From Bacilli bacterium (GTDB lineage Bacteria; Bacillota_I; Bacilli_A; RF39; UBA660), in the NCBI GenBank assembly GCA_017432665.1, contig JAFRIS010000027.1:1-50415 (forward strand): DNA of 50,415 nt, in the 5' to 3' direction. The notes under the pieces are model-generated. The model saw only the letters and a list, made by a program, of their open reading frames with translations, ran no database searches and was not told where the DNA came from. Shown here in pieces: positions 9,980 through 19,607 of this stretch; position 1 is the first letter of the stretch, and every line of letters begins with the position of its first letter. Both the position numbers and the translations under genes were made by a program.

Positions 9980-11005
9980 ATGAAAACTATTGATGTACCG
10001 TCGTGGCGACAGCTAGTAAAAGTTGTTAGTCTGATGGTAGTATCATCGATTATGATGATTAGTTGTTATGTGTATCATAGATATGATACATATAAGAGTA
10101 TCAAGGTTGTTATCGATAGAAAAGCAGCTGTTGAATATGGTAGCGCTAACTACGATATAAACAAACTAATTAAAAAAGTCGAAGGGGAAGTCGTATCTGT
10201 AAAACAAGATATTGATACAAAAAAGATAGGGGAACAAGAAGTAGTTGTTGAAATTAAGAAAGAAGATGTCATTCGAGAAGTGCCATTCATAGTAAATGTA
10301 GTTGATACAGCTGCTCCAGAAATAAAACTAAAAGAAGAAAAGGTAACTATTACTCAAGGCGATAATTATGATTTGACTAATAATATCGAATCTGTGAAAG
10401 ATGTTGTTGATGGTGATGTATCTTATTTGAATGAAGTTAAAGAAGATAGTATTTTCTATTACAATTTCTCTTATGGAGAAGATATTGATAATGTTGGTAT
10501 ACATGAAGTAGTAGTAAATGCCAAAGATAAGAGTGGTAATGCTACACAAGTTAAATTCAATCTTGAAGTAAAAGCTAGACCAGTTGTAGCTGCAAGTGTT
10601 GGACCAGCAACTTATGGTAATGCACCTGCTAATGCGGCAGGAGGAGATATTGTCTCAATTGCTTACTCATTAGTTGGTTCTCCATACATTTCGGGTTCTA
10701 ATGGACCATATGGATTTGATTGTAGTGGGTTTGTCCAATATGTATACGCTAGAGCAGGAAAAAGTATAAGTAGAAGTTCTTATACCCAAGCCTATGATGG
10801 AATTGGAGTTAGTTATGCTAATGCTCAGCCAGGAGACATCTTAAGTTGGGGACATGGAGGATCTATTACTCATTCAGCATTGTATGTTGGTAATGGTCTG
10901 ATGATTCATGCTACTAATCCATCACAAGGTGTAGTGGTAAGTAGTGTTGCTGGATGGCAAAGTGGTTCTATTGATAACTTAATGGCTGTTCGAAGAGTTA
11001 ACTAA
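9980..11005 (+). CDS. NlpC/P60 (C40) cell-wall peptidase with Ig-like stalk
   Basis: GSPY...GFDCSGFV, PGDIL, HSALY, MIHA motifs; N-terminal TM; VDTAAPEI Ig-like linker. Confidence 0.92.
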   Translation: MKTIDVPSWRQLVKVVSLMVVSSIMMISCYVYHRYDTYKSIKVVIDRKAAVEYGSANYDINKLIKKVEGEVVSVKQDIDTKKIGEQEVVVEIKKEDVIREVPFIVNVVDTAAPEIKLKEEKVTITQGDNYDLTNNIESVKDVVDGDVSYLNEVKEDSIFYYNFSYGEDIDNVGIHEVVVNAKDKSGNATQVKFNLEVKARPVVAASVGPATYGNAPANAAGGDIVSIAYSLVGSPYISGSNGPYGFDCSGFVQYVYARAGKSISRSSYTQAYDGIGVSYANAQPGDILSWGHGGSITHSALYVGNGLMIHATNPSQGVVVSSVAGWQSGSIDNLMAVRRVN

Positions 11006-11074
11006 AAGTCATAGTAATATGACTTTTTTTATGCTTAAAAGTGTGATAGAATAAACGACATAGGGGGGCATATT

Positions 11075-13327
11075 ATGAAGCATTATGTAGATTTAGTTTT
11101 AACAAATGCCAAGAAACCAATAGAAAAAGAAACACTATATTTAAAAGTGGCAGAATTATTGAATTCAAAAAATGAAGAAAATTTCAAGATTTCTAGTGAT
11201 GACAAGAATAAAATAGACGAGATTGTCGAAAAAGGGTTGGAAAATTACGAATATATTGAACACAATACTGGCAAAATTTCAGCTATTATGAAAACTTCTT
11301 ACAGGACTGGTAGATTTTATGGAAACCGTAATGGAGGAGGTTTTGTTATTACTAGGAATTTTTTTGTTAATAAAGAAGGAGAACATATAGGTACAGAATC
11401 TAAATATTCTATTACTAGAGATTTTAATAATGGTGCCATTGATGGGGACCTAGTACTTATAGATATTGGTGGTAATGACAGAAAGCCACAAATTGTGGAT
11501 ATTATTGAGAGAAATATAGAAAATGTTGCTGGTGAAGTTATAAGGCAAGGAAATAGCTACTTTCTTTTACCAGCTGATAGAAGGAAACAAAATATAAAAA
11601 TTGCCCTAAAAGGAGAGGCCATTGAAGGTCAAAGGGTGGCAGTTAAATTAATTGAACAAACTAATAATGATTTTTATATAGGAGAAATAACAAGAGTTTT
11701 TAATCACAAAGATGATCCTGATATGGATATTCTTTGGGAGGCTTTTAAATGTGGAATAGATGATCAATTTAGTGATGAATCTTTGGAGCAATTGAAATAT
11801 ATTCCTACTACTGTAAGAGACATTGATAAAATTGGAAGAGAAGATTTAACTAATTGGAAAGTATTTACTATTGATGGTGCTGATACTAAGGATATTGATG
11901 ATGCTCTAAGCTGTAGAAAGCTACCTAATGGTAATTATGAAGTAGGAGTACATATTGCTGATGTCAGTCACTATGTACCTGAAAATTCACCTTTAGATAA
12001 AGATGCTTTTAAAAGAGGTACTAGTAATTATTTGGGTAATAAGGTAATACCTATGTTTCCTCGTGAAATATCCAACGGAATTTGTTCATTAAAGCCTTAC
12101 GTTGAAAGACTTGCAATGAGCTGTATTATGGAAATCAATAATAAGGGAGAAATAGTACACTATCGTATTACTCCAACGGTTATTAAATCAAATTTGCAAA
12201 TGACTTATGATAATGTTAATAATATTTTAAAAGATGGTAAAGTCCTTAAAGAATATGCAGAATTCACAGAAGAATTGCGTACACTTAATAAAATAGCTTT
12301 GTTACTACGTAAGAATAGAATTATGAATGGAGCTATTGAAGTTGATAAAACAGAATTAAAGCGAATATATAGTGACAAAGGAAAAATAGTAGATTTTTCT
12401 ATGAGGGAACATGATTTGGGAGAAAATTTAATTGAAGAGTTTATGGTTTTGGCAAATGAAACAGTAGATAAACATCTAAGCAAATTAGGTTTTCCATGTG
12501 TACATAGAGTTCACGATATACCAAGTGAAGAAAAATTAGCTGAATTTTTGAAAATGTTAGAGGCAATAAATTTACCATTTTCATATAATGCTAAGCAATG
12601 TATAGAATCTTCAAAAGTAATGCAGGATTTAGCAGAACATGTTAAAAAAGCTGGTAAATTAAGCATGATGCTAATTGATAAAGAAATTAAATGTTTATCT
12701 AGAGCTAAGTATAGTTCAATTAATATTGGTCATTATGCACTTGCTATATATTATTATTGTCATTTCACTTCTCCAATTAGAAGATATCCTGATTTAACAG
12801 TGCATCGTATATTGAAAGAGTGTGCTTTCACTGATTCCGAAAGTGCCAGAAAAGCAGCTAGAAAATGGAAAGAAAAAATACCAGATATTGCTATGCAGTC
12901 TTCTAAAATGGAAAGAATGGAAGATAGAGCTGAAGAAGCTGTTAATGACATGAAATGTGCTGAATATATGGAAAGTCATATTGGTGAAGAATATAAAGGA
13001 ACAGTTACTAAGTTGTCATCCCGTGGTTTAACAGTACAATTGGATAATCTGGTAGAGGGTAAAGTAAGACTTAAAAATATGGAAGGCAGATATGCACATA
13101 ATCCTAATACTTATACTTTGATATCTCTAGATGGAAAACAAAATTATTTTCTTGGTGATAGATTACTAGTTAAAGTAAAAGCAGCTTCTAAAGAAGATAA
13201 AACTATTGATTTTGTTGTAAAAAGAAAAATAGAAGAAAACTATATAGATGATATAGACCATTCTAACCAAAAAGTTAAACGACTTGCTAAAAAGAGATGG
13301 GAAAAAAGATATCAAAGTAATTATTGA
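11075..13327 (+). CDS. Second RNase R/RNase II family exoribonuclease
   Basis: FTIDGADTKDIDDA, VHIADVSHYV, HFTSPIRRYPDL, S1 domain. Confidence 0.92.
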   Translation: MKHYVDLVLTNAKKPIEKETLYLKVAELLNSKNEENFKISSDDKNKIDEIVEKGLENYEYIEHNTGKISAIMKTSYRTGRFYGNRNGGGFVITRNFFVNKEGEHIGTESKYSITRDFNNGAIDGDLVLIDIGGNDRKPQIVDIIERNIENVAGEVIRQGNSYFLLPADRRKQNIKIALKGEAIEGQRVAVKLIEQTNNDFYIGEITRVFNHKDDPDMDILWEAFKCGIDDQFSDESLEQLKYIPTTVRDIDKIGREDLTNWKVFTIDGADTKDIDDALSCRKLPNGNYEVGVHIADVSHYVPENSPLDKDAFKRGTSNYLGNKVIPMFPREISNGICSLKPYVERLAMSCIMEINNKGEIVHYRITPTVIKSNLQMTYDNVNNILKDGKVLKEYAEFTEELRTLNKIALLLRKNRIMNGAIEVDKTELKRIYSDKGKIVDFSMREHDLGENLIEEFMVLANETVDKHLSKLGFPCVHRVHDIPSEEKLAEFLKMLEAINLPFSYNAKQCIESSKVMQDLAEHVKKAGKLSMMLIDKEIKCLSRAKYSSINIGHYALAIYYYCHFTSPIRRYPDLTVHRILKECAFTDSESARKAARKWKEKIPDIAMQSSKMERMEDRAEEAVNDMKCAEYMESHIGEEYKGTVTKLSSRGLTVQLDNLVEGKVRLKNMEGRYAHNPNTYTLISLDGKQNYFLGDRLLVKVKAASKEDKTIDFVVKRKIEENYIDDIDHSNQKVKRLAKKRWEKRYQSNY

Positions 13328-13377
13328 TGTTTTGTATGAAATATGGTATAATATCTACTCATCGAGGAGGAATACAT

Positions 13378-13923
13378 ATGTCATACGATGGTAAATGTGG
13401 TAGTTGTGCTAATTTTATAGATGATCATGGTAATCCATTTAATCCAAGATGGTCTTACCCAGCTAAAGGATATTGTACTTGGTATAAAACTTATTATTAT
13501 CCTGATGATAGTTGTGGACCTCATTATAGACCTAGAGGATATGTTACTACTATGGTTTGTAGTAGACTGGGATTAGATAAAAATAGTGAAGTCTATAAGA
13601 CAATTATTGGATTCCAAAAGAGTGTTATGGAAAAAGATCCAAAATATGAAGCAACATTAAGGGAATATGATATTATAGGACCACAAATTTCCAAGTGTTT
13701 AGAGACTGAAAGTATCGGAGTTATAAATACAATATATAGCAATTATTTGGTACCAGTTACTGAATTAATAAAAGATAAGGAAGAAGATTTAGCAGTTTAT
13801 AAATATAAGGGTTTATTAAGCGTACTTAAAGCTCATTATAAAATTAGTAGTAAAAAGACTACTTCTAAGCAATTAATTCCACAAGGAAAAATGAAATTAT
13901 TAAGCGTAAAAAAGAACATTTAA
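13378..13923 (+). CDS. Hypothetical protein: Cys-rich N-terminus plus CFI-box-CTERM-like domain
   Basis: CGSC...YC...C cluster; YVTTMVC...YDIIGPQIS pattern; ATG after ggagga; tggtataat promoter upstream. Confidence 0.6.
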   Translation: MSYDGKCGSCANFIDDHGNPFNPRWSYPAKGYCTWYKTYYYPDDSCGPHYRPRGYVTTMVCSRLGLDKNSEVYKTIIGFQKSVMEKDPKYEATLREYDIIGPQISKCLETESIGVINTIYSNYLVPVTELIKDKEEDLAVYKYKGLLSVLKAHYKISSKKTTSKQLIPQGKMKLLSVKKNI

Positions 13924-14047
13924 TTGTTCTTTTTTTCTTGTATTTTGGTTGCTAAAAAGGCGATAAAATGTTATCATAATAATGAATAGGGGTAAGAAAA
14001 GTGATATTGGCTTTTTTTATCTAAAAAACAAGATAGGAGATGACGCG

Positions 14048-14878
14048 ATGTTAATAACTATGTCTGATGTTTTAACTATATTAAGAAAAATAGTTGATAT
14101 TTCCTTAGTATGGTTTATATTTTATTATATTTTAAAGAATATCAAGAATAATGTTAAATTATCTTTGATATTTAAGGGAGTAGCCTTTGTAATTATCTTA
14201 AAATTGATAAGTGATAAACTTGGTTTTGTAACTGTTGGATATTTATTAGATTATATTATTCAATGGGGACCAGTAGCTTTGATTATTATCTTTCAACCTG
14301 AAATTCGTACTATTCTTGAACAATTAGGAAGAAGTCAATTACTTGGTAGACATAAAGTTCTTACAGTAGATGAAAGAGAACATATGGTATATGAAATGAT
14401 TAACGCTATTGATTATCTTCGTAAAGAAAGAATAGGAGCATTAATTGTTATTGAAAGAGATATAAGTTTAGGTAACTATATTGATAAAGCTAAGAAATTA
14501 TATGCAGATTTATCTAGTGATTTATTAATAGCTATTTTCTATGAAGGTAATCCATTACATGATGGTGGAGTAATTATTCAAGGTGATAGAATAACTTGTG
14601 CAGGAGCAGTATTCCCTACAAGTAGTAGTTCTAAGATTAATAAACGTCTAGGAACTCGTCATAGGGCTGCTTTAGGACTTGCTGAAGAAACTGATGCTAT
14701 ATGTATTGTAGTTTCTGAAGAAACTGGAAGAGTATCAATTGCTCTAAAAGGAGATATGCTATATAACTTAACACTTGATGATGTTAGAATGCTATTAATT
14801 GATGAGTTAAAACCAAAGCAAGATGCTGATTACGAAGAAGAAATAGAAGAGGAAGAGATATATGAAGAAGATAGGTAA
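14048..14878 (+). CDS. cdaA: Diadenylate cyclase CdaA (DacA)
   Basis: Three TM helices, FQPEIR, PLHDGG, GTRHRAA, VSEETG. Confidence 0.95.
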   Translation: MLITMSDVLTILRKIVDISLVWFIFYYILKNIKNNVKLSLIFKGVAFVIILKLISDKLGFVTVGYLLDYIIQWGPVALIIIFQPEIRTILEQLGRSQLLGRHKVLTVDEREHMVYEMINAIDYLRKERIGALIVIERDISLGNYIDKAKKLYADLSSDLLIAIFYEGNPLHDGGVIIQGDRITCAGAVFPTSSSSKINKRLGTRHRAALGLAEETDAICIVVSEETGRVSIALKGDMLYNLTLDDVRMLLIDELKPKQDADYEEEIEEEEIYEEDR

Positions 14879-16217
14879 GTTAATAATGAGACTATTTCGT
14901 CATATTGGATTATTCTTTGATAAATGGTTAATTACTCCAATTACGAAATTGATTCTCAAGATAATGAATATAGGAAAATCACTAGTTAAAAGTTTTGATA
15001 AAGTATCTGGTAAAAAATCAACATTACTTATAGTAAGTTTGATTTTAGCATTTGGTGTATTCGTAGTAATAGATAGAGAATCTAATATTATGATTGATCA
15101 GTATGCAGAGATTTTATATAATCAACCAGTAACTGCTGTTTATAATGAAGAATTATATGTAGTAGAAGGACTTCCAAAAGAAGTAGATATTACATTAATT
15201 GGTCAAAGAAGACATATCTTCTTGGCAAAACAATCTCCTTCTAAAGGAGTATCAGTTGATTTAACTGGATTAAAGCCAGGAAATCATAAAGTTACATTGA
15301 GATATACTCAGAGATTAAGATCATTAGATTATAAACTTGATCCTTCTCAAGTAACTGTTACGATTTATGAAAAAGTAAGTGAGAATAGAAGTTTAACTTA
15401 TGATGTATTACATCAAGAAAGTCTAGATAGTAAATTATATATTAGTAATGTAGAAATTGATCGTAGTGAAGTAATCATTAAAGGTGCTCAATATAAGATT
15501 GATCAAGTTGCTACAGTAAAAGCTTTAGTAGATGTTAAGAATATTCCTAATCCTAAAGCTGGTGAAATAACTGTTAAAGATATTCCACTAGTAGCTTATG
15601 ATAATGATGGTAAGATAGTAGATGTAGAGATTGTTCCTAAAACGGTAGCTGCTAATATTACTATTACTTCTCCAAGTAAGGAAATACCTGTAAGAGTTGT
15701 TCCTAAAGGAGATTTAGCATTTGGTAAGTCTATTAAATCAATGGAAACTAACTTGTCTAAGATTACTGTTTATGGTTCACAAGAAGCAATAGATAAGATT
15801 GAACAATTAGAAGTAGAAATTGATGTTAAAGGATTAGATAAAGATAAAGAATTTAATGTAACATTGAAGAAACCTAAAGGAATTACTGAATTAAGTTCTA
15901 AGACAATGACTATTAAAGTAGTATTAGATAATTCTTCTAGTAAAGAATTTGATAATATTTCAGTACAGTCTGAGAACTTAGATGGTAATCTTAAAGTTCA
16001 AGCTTTATCTGATGAAGATCGTCAAGTAACTGTTGTGGTTAAAGGTAGTGCTGATGCTATTAAAGATGTTCAAGCGTCTGATATTACTGCTTACATAGAT
16101 CTTAAAAACTATGGAGTAGGTGAACATGAAGTAGAAGTAAAAGTAACTGGAACAGATTTAAGATTAGATTATTCATCAAAGACCAAGAAGGTAAAAGTTA
16201 GAATTTCACAAAAGTGA
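14862..16217 (+). CDS. cdaR: CdaR/YbbR-domain regulator
   Basis: Overlaps cdaA; TM followed by repeated YbbR-like beta domains. Confidence 0.88.
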   Translation: MKKIGKLIMRLFRHIGLFFDKWLITPITKLILKIMNIGKSLVKSFDKVSGKKSTLLIVSLILAFGVFVVIDRESNIMIDQYAEILYNQPVTAVYNEELYVVEGLPKEVDITLIGQRRHIFLAKQSPSKGVSVDLTGLKPGNHKVTLRYTQRLRSLDYKLDPSQVTVTIYEKVSENRSLTYDVLHQESLDSKLYISNVEIDRSEVIIKGAQYKIDQVATVKALVDVKNIPNPKAGEITVKDIPLVAYDNDGKIVDVEIVPKTVAANITITSPSKEIPVRVVPKGDLAFGKSIKSMETNLSKITVYGSQEAIDKIEQLEVEIDVKGLDKDKEFNVTLKKPKGITELSSKTMTIKVVLDNSSSKEFDNISVQSENLDGNLKVQALSDEDRQVTVVVKGSADAIKDVQASDITAYIDLKNYGVGEHEVEVKVTGTDLRLDYSSKTKKVKVRISQK

Positions 16218-16292
16218 TCCTAGGGATCACTTTTTCTTATTATGACTGACTATTAAAAATGAATGTAATAAAAAAGAGAACTTAGTTCTCTT

Positions 16293-17114
16293 TTATCTTT
16301 GTTTTGCCTTTATTTTTCTAACTATTGTTTTCTTTAATTTCTTAGTATCTTCATGAAAATCACATAAATCAGAATGATGAGTAGACATTTTATCTTCAAC
16401 GGAATTTTTAATTTCTTCATATTCTTTATTACTAATTGATGGGCTTGCAGCAAGAAATTTGAAACTATCGATTTTTTTAAGTACTTCACTAAATTTTCTT
16501 TCACCAAGCTCCATTTCAAGATAAGGCTTATATAACAGATAACTTGCATCTCTTGGATTAATGTTAGAAAGTACAAAAGCACTATCAAATTTAAATAACT
16601 TATCATTACCATAAGTATCAATACCATAAACATTTAGATCATGTAAAACTAAATTAATAGCATAATTTGCTTCTCTATCTAATCCTTCTTTAGGATTTCC
16701 TGAATAGCAATACAATCTATCTGTTGGTAAATTGATTACAGCACATATGTCATTAAACATATTAACATAATTTCTATAACTACTACTTCCTCTAACTATA
16801 CTAGTTCCTAAACGATGATTAATGTCTTTTTTATCAGGAATGGCATTTTCTTTTAATATACGATCTACAGATAAAAAACCATTTCTTATTAAATAAGAAA
16901 TCATATTTGCACATTCAAGTCCTGATGAATAACCTAAATGTTTCAGTAATTTAGCAACTTCATTTATAAATTCATCATAGTATTCAATAGCATTTCTATA
17001 TTTAATCTTCTCTTCAAGAAATTTTTCTTTATGATATCTTCCTCCATCTTCATAACGCTCAATTTCTTCTGGATTAAACAAATAGTATCTTTCATCCCAT
17101 GCTTTTGGAATCAT
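16293..17114 (-). CDS. Hypothetical protein, possibly a degenerate transglutaminase-like fold
   Basis: Long ORF, ATG after aaggggg; GSSSYRNY / NYAINLV / YGID spacing. Confidence 0.55.
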   Translation of the reverse strand: MIPKAWDERYYLFNPEEIERYEDGGRYHKEKFLEEKIKYRNAIEYYDEFINEVAKLLKHLGYSSGLECANMISYLIRNGFLSVDRILKENAIPDKKDINHRLGTSIVRGSSSYRNYVNMFNDICAVINLPTDRLYCYSGNPKEGLDREANYAINLVLHDLNVYGIDTYGNDKLFKFDSAFVLSNINPRDASYLLYKPYLEMELGERKFSEVLKKIDSFKFLAASPSISNKEYEEIKNSVEDKMSTHHSDLCDFHEDTKKLKKTIVRKIKAKQR

Positions 17115-17241
17115 ATTATACCCCCTTGATAAGGACATATTATACTATAAAATATAAAAAATATGCAATAGATATAGAATTCATTTTTATTAATAGACTT
17201 AACTAATTCTATTGTGGTATACTATTTTCAGGTGATTTTAA

Positions 17242-17778
17242 ATGGCAAACAGACAAACAAGAAGAAAAGAACAAAAAAAGAAAAAAGAAGTGGTTGAAGA
17301 AGTAAAAGTAACTTCAGATAGTATATTAAATAAAATAATTATTGGTTTAATGGTAATATGTCTTTTAGGATTATTCTATTTATTAACAATTTATATTACT
17401 AATAAGCATACTGATAAGAGTGATACTGAAGAAACTTCTGAAAAGAGCAGTGTTTCAATTAATTATGATGAAATATTAATTGGTAAAACATTCTCTATGA
17501 AAGATAATGATTATATAGTAGTATTATATGATCCAAGTGTTAGTGGTGTGGCTGATGCTATTTCTTCATATAAGAATAAAGAGGATCATAAACCAATTTA
17601 TTATGTTAATATGACTAATACTTTTAATAAGAAGTATACTACCACTGAAGAATCCAATAAGGCACCTAGTAAAGCATCTGAATTATCAATTAATGGACCT
17701 ACATTAATTAGAATTACTGATGGTAATTTAATAGAGTATCTTGAAGGAGAAGAAGCAATTACTAATTATTTAAATTAA
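17242..17778 (+). CDS. Membrane-anchored hypothetical protein (thioredoxin-like fold without CxxC)
   Basis: Basic N-terminus, one TM, PIYYVN...GPTLIRI.DG pattern. Confidence 0.6.
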   Translation: MANRQTRRKEQKKKKEVVEEVKVTSDSILNKIIIGLMVICLLGLFYLLTIYITNKHTDKSDTEETSEKSSVSINYDEILIGKTFSMKDNDYIVVLYDPSVSGVADAISSYKNKEDHKPIYYVNMTNTFNKKYTTTEESNKAPSKASELSINGPTLIRITDGNLIEYLEGEEAITNYLN

Positions 17779-17845
17779 AAAGACTTTTAGTGTCTTTTTC
17801 TTTTTATTTATGATATGATTGTTCTAGTAGCGTAGGAGGAGAATT

Positions 17846-19105
17846 ATGAAAAAGAAGAATAAAAAAACTAAGAAAAAAAATATGTTTAGTGTTATTGAAA
17901 ATAAAATTTTTCATAAGGAAGAGGAAGAAGACACTACTTTTTCATTATTTGAAGTAATTATTATTATTTTAATTTCTATATTATTTGGAATAGTCATAGG
18001 ATATATAGTTACTTGTAGTAAAACTTCTATTATTATTAAAGATAAGAATTTAGCTGAAATAGTTAATGTATATAATAATTTAACTAATAATTATTATGAT
18101 AAAGTTAATAAAGATAAATTAAGTGATGGTGCAATTAAAGGGATGGTAGAATCATTAGACGATCCATTTACTAATTATATGGAAAATGAAACTGCTAAAG
18201 AATTTGATAGAGCAGTGAAGGGTAGTTTCATTGGTATTGGTGTTACTGTATCTTATCAAGAAGATGGATATTATAAAATTATTGAAATAATTGATAATAC
18301 TCCTGCTAGTAAAGCTGGATTAAAAGAAGATGATATTTTAATAAAGGTTAATGATATAGATATTGTAAAAGAACCTAAGATGTTTGAAAGTATTGCTAAA
18401 GGTAAAGTTGGTAGTAAAGTTAAACTAACTGTAAAAAGAAGAAATAAGGAAAAAGAATTTAATTTGAAAAGAGCTGTAGTTGAAATTCAAAGTGTTCATA
18501 ATAAAATCATTGATTATGAAGGATTAAATGTCGGTTATCTTAAAATTGATGTCTTTGCTGCTAATTCTTATAAGCAATTTAAAACTTCTATGAAAAGATT
18601 TGATAAGAATAATATTGATGCTTTAGTAATAGATGTTCGTGATAACCCGGGAGGACATTTAAACCAAACGCGAGAGATATTAAGTACTTTCTTCCCAAAG
18701 AAGACTGTCTTATATCAAGTTGAAACAAAAAAGGGTTCTAAGAAAATCTATTCAATGAATAATAGCAGTAAGAATTATCCAGTAATAGTATTAATAAATT
18801 CTGCTAGTGCTTCAGCATCTGAAATATTGGCTTCTTGCTTTAAAGAGAATTATAAGAATGCTACTATTGTAGGAACAAGTTCTTATGGAAAAGGTACTGT
18901 TCAAAAATCACAATCGTTGAATGATGGTAGTAGCATCAAGTATACTACTGAAAAATGGTTAACTTCTAAGGGTAAATGGATAGGAGACAAAGGAATAAAG
19001 CCAGATGTGTTTGTAGAAGAGACTAAAGATTATTGTGAAAATCCAAACTATGATAATGATACACAATTACAAGAAGGTTTAAAAAAATTAAAAGAGTCTA
19101 ATTAG
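17846..19105 (+). CDS. S41 C-terminal processing peptidase with PDZ domain
   Basis: GIGV, DVRDNPGG, SASASE, GKGTVQ motifs. Confidence 0.93.
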   Translation: MKKKNKKTKKKNMFSVIENKIFHKEEEEDTTFSLFEVIIIILISILFGIVIGYIVTCSKTSIIIKDKNLAEIVNVYNNLTNNYYDKVNKDKLSDGAIKGMVESLDDPFTNYMENETAKEFDRAVKGSFIGIGVTVSYQEDGYYKIIEIIDNTPASKAGLKEDDILIKVNDIDIVKEPKMFESIAKGKVGSKVKLTVKRRNKEKEFNLKRAVVEIQSVHNKIIDYEGLNVGYLKIDVFAANSYKQFKTSMKRFDKNNIDALVIDVRDNPGGHLNQTREILSTFFPKKTVLYQVETKKGSKKIYSMNNSSKNYPVIVLINSASASASEILASCFKENYKNATIVGTSSYGKGTVQKSQSLNDGSSIKYTTEKWLTSKGKWIGDKGIKPDVFVEETKDYCENPNYDNDTQLQEGLKKLKESN

Positions 19106-19113
19106 ACTCTTTT
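19090..19113. terminator. Perfect 24-bp palindrome, likely bidirectional terminator, overlapping two stop codons
   Basis: aaaagagtctaa|ttagactctttt. Confidence 0.8.
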
Positions 19114-19607
19114 TTTACGCAATTAATTATTAGTTGATAGCCGTCTTTATTAGGACTACAAGTTGTTAAAACTAATTGGTAATTATTTTCTTTATTAATA
19201 TTGATATAGCCGTCTTTCTTTTCTTCCCAAATAGATACTACATAATAGATATAGTTATTATTTTTATATGTTAATTTAATTGTATCATTAATATTTAAAT
19301 GATCTAATTCTTGAAAATAAGCTATTTTTCCTTTACCTGAATGAGCTGCTAAGACGAGAATATCTGGAAAAGATGACTCTTTTAGAATAGTCACATGTTC
19401 ATCAACATTATTTCTAGGACTATCAATATCATATAAATCTTCTTTTAAATTAATTTTATTAATGGTTAAAGTGCCAATAGGCTTTTCCCCTAAAGTAATT
19501 ATCTTAAAGTTAGGAAATGTTTCCTCTTTTGCTGATATTTTTAAAATTGAAAATGGTAAAAGTAATAATAAGAATAGTACTAATAATAAATATAATCTTT
19601 TTATCAT
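19098..19607 (-). CDS. Sortase
   Basis: LAAHSG and LVLTTC motifs; N-terminal TM; follows a pilin-like gene. Confidence 0.88.
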   Translation of the reverse strand: MIKRLYLLLVLFLLLLLPFSILKISAKEETFPNFKIITLGEKPIGTLTINKINLKEDLYDIDSPRNNVDEHVTILKESSFPDILVLAAHSGKGKIAYFQELDHLNINDTIKLTYKNNNYIYYVVSIWEEKKDGYININKENNYQLVLTTCSPNKDGYQLIINCVKKESN

